The notes under the pieces were generated by a model that saw nothing but the letters and a program-made list of their open reading frames with translations, had not been told where the DNA came from and made no database searches. A stretch of DNA of 64,000 nucleotides, taken from NCBI GenBank assembly GCA_963771885.1, contig CAVYVF010000002.1, positions 192,001 through 256,000 of the forward strand. Reading direction: 5' to 3'. The position numbers were made by a program, and so were the translations under genes. Below, piece after piece: positions 62,643 to 64,000 of the stretch; position 1 is the first letter of the stretch, and each line of letters begins with the position of its first letter. This DNA comes from Candidatus Bathyarchaeota archaeon (lineage in GTDB: Archaea > Thermoproteota > Bathyarchaeia > TCS64).

Positions 62643-63617
62643 TCAGATCTCTTCATCGCTCTCTATCCCTTGCTCCGTTATCCTGATTGGCACCTCTCCC
62701 TCAGGGAGACTGGGGCTCACAGTAAGTTTGGCTATGCGTATATTATCCCTGCCCTTCCGGAGAAAGATGCGGGTGTGGCTCATGTGGCCGACGATGTGTC
62801 CCCCGACTGGCTGAACGCCCTTCGTGAAGAAGGCGTCCGGCTGGGACATCACCTGATTCGTGATGACTGCGACGGTATTGAATGCCCGGCTAAGCCTCAT
62901 CAGCTTGTGCATATGCTTGTTGAGAAGCTGCTGGCGGTTGGCAAGCATCTCGCGTCCGAGGTACTCACTCCTGAAGTGGCTGGTGAGACTGTCGACGATT
63001 ATGAGGCGTATGTTGTTCTCCTTGATGACCTCGTCAGCGTTGTCTAGGAGGACCATCTGGTGGTCGCTGGTGTAGGCCTCGGCGAATATTATCTTCTTGA
63101 GAGCGGCGTCGGGGTCGAGGCCGAACTTCTTCGCTATCTGCTGAATTCGCTCGGGGCGGAATGTGTTCTCGGTGTCAACGTAGAGGGCTCCTCCGTTGAG
63201 CCCGCCCTGCTCCTCGGGGAGCTGGACGGTGACGCAGAGCTGGTGGCATATCTGGCTCTTGCCTGTGCCGAACTCTCCGTAGAACTCGGTGAGGCTCTGG
63301 GTCTCGAGCCCTCCCTTGAGGAGCTGGTCGAGGCTCAGGCATCCAGTTGTTAACTGCTTTATTTGTTTCCTAATCTCGACGAGTTCGTCTCCTCGGACGA
63401 AGGTGATAGCGATGCTCTTCCGGGCTGCGTCGATGACCTTCCCCGCCGTCTCCTCGCCGATGCCCGCGGCGATCAGCTCCGCGGTCGTCGCCATGGCGAT
63501 GGACTCGACGGTCTTGAAGCCTATCTCTTTGAACTTCTGCGCCGTCGCGGGGCCGACGGAGGGCAGATCCTCAATCGACTGATACTTCGCCTTGTAGTAG
63601 TCGGTTTGATCTGCCAT
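62643..63617 (-). CDS. radA: DNA repair/recombination protein RadA
   Basis: DLPSVGP, GEFGTGKSQ, DTENTFRPER, FRSEY.GRE.L..RQQ. Confidence 0.96.
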   Translation of the reverse strand: MADQTDYYKAKYQSIEDLPSVGPATAQKFKEIGFKTVESIAMATTAELIAAGIGEETAGKVIDAARKSIAITFVRGDELVEIRKQIKQLTTGCLSLDQLLKGGLETQSLTEFYGEFGTGKSQICHQLCVTVQLPEEQGGLNGGALYVDTENTFRPERIQQIAKKFGLDPDAALKKIIFAEAYTSDHQMVLLDNADEVIKENNIRLIIVDSLTSHFRSEYLGREMLANRQQLLNKHMHKLMRLSRAFNTVAVITNQVMSQPDAFFTKGVQPVGGHIVGHMSHTRIFLRKGRDNIRIAKLTVSPSLPEGEVPIRITEQGIESDEEI

Positions 63618-63649
63618 CTGAACCAACCTGCTCTCCGTCTAGTAGCTAT

Positions 63650-63862
63650 TTAAAGGACTTCCCGACTCTCCGAGCCGTCCGGTTCAAGCTCGATGGCAAG
63701 CACGCCCTCGTAGCCGCAGGCTCCGCAGTGCCACTTAGCTGGCAACATCCCAAAATTGGTCGTGTACTTCATGTCACTGCTGCCACATCGAGGACAGAAT
63801 ACTGGCTGTGGCTTGCGATGGGTGATCTTGCCGAGGGTATCTCTAATGCCCCCCGTCGGCAT
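63650..63862 (-). CDS. Small Zn-ribbon protein
   Basis: CPRCGS...CGACGYEG. Confidence 0.7.
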   Translation of the reverse strand: MPTGGIRDTLGKITHRKPQPVFCPRCGSSDMKYTTNFGMLPAKWHCGACGYEGVLAIELEPDGSESREVL

Positions 63863-63863
63863 T

Positions 63864-64000
63864 TTACTGGACCTCGATGTTCTCCTGTGGGAAACCCAGA
63901 TCTATCAGGACGTCCCTGACTACGTCGCGGTGGTCACCCATGAGCATTATTTGCTCGTCCTTTGCCGTGCCACCGCAGGCGCATTTGTTCTTCAACTGGG
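63864..64000 (-). CDS. Translation initiation factor aIF1/SUI1, C-terminal part
   Basis: LKNKCACGGTAKDEQIMLMGDHRDVVRDVLIDLGFPQENIEVQ*. Confidence 0.88.
   Translation of the reverse strand, partial: QLKNKCACGGTAKDEQIMLMGDHRDVVRDVLIDLGFPQENIEVQ

Overview
This 64-kb window is archaeal chromosomal DNA. It carries RadA, TFB, S8e, SRP19, Gar1, a CCA-adding enzyme, SMC-ScpA-ScpB, Lhr and aIF1/SUI1; the gene style suggests a Bathyarchaeia-like lineage, which is inference. GC-rich core blocks (about 12-17 kb and 30.6-64 kb) are interrupted by two AT-richer accessory regions, about 1.6-11.9 kb and 21-30.5 kb. Each accessory region ends at the 3' end of a tRNA gene, tRNA-Pro(GGG) and tRNA-Gln(CTG). Main observations: (1) nearly every spacer in both accessory regions contains alternating purine-pyrimidine (GC/GT/AC)n tracts, some at gene-truncation points; (2) a 3.8-kb integrase-less decarboxylase-GNAT-decarboxylase element is bounded by a 15-bp tRNA-Pro repeat plus a second internal repeat; (3) SMC, S8e and TFB appear to start at near-cognate codons (ACG, GTC/ACG, ATC), and the aIF1 fragment has an altered LQGD motif; (4) a D-amino-acid/peptide-stereochemistry cluster (Alr, dipeptide epimerase, Ddl-like ligase, MurL-like PP-loop protein, GGCT) lies next to a WOR5-like tungstoenzyme; (5) two candidate structured RNAs. 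Many genes are split by single indels, which most likely reflects assembly error. All calls come from reading the sequence and recalled family motifs; no database searches were run.
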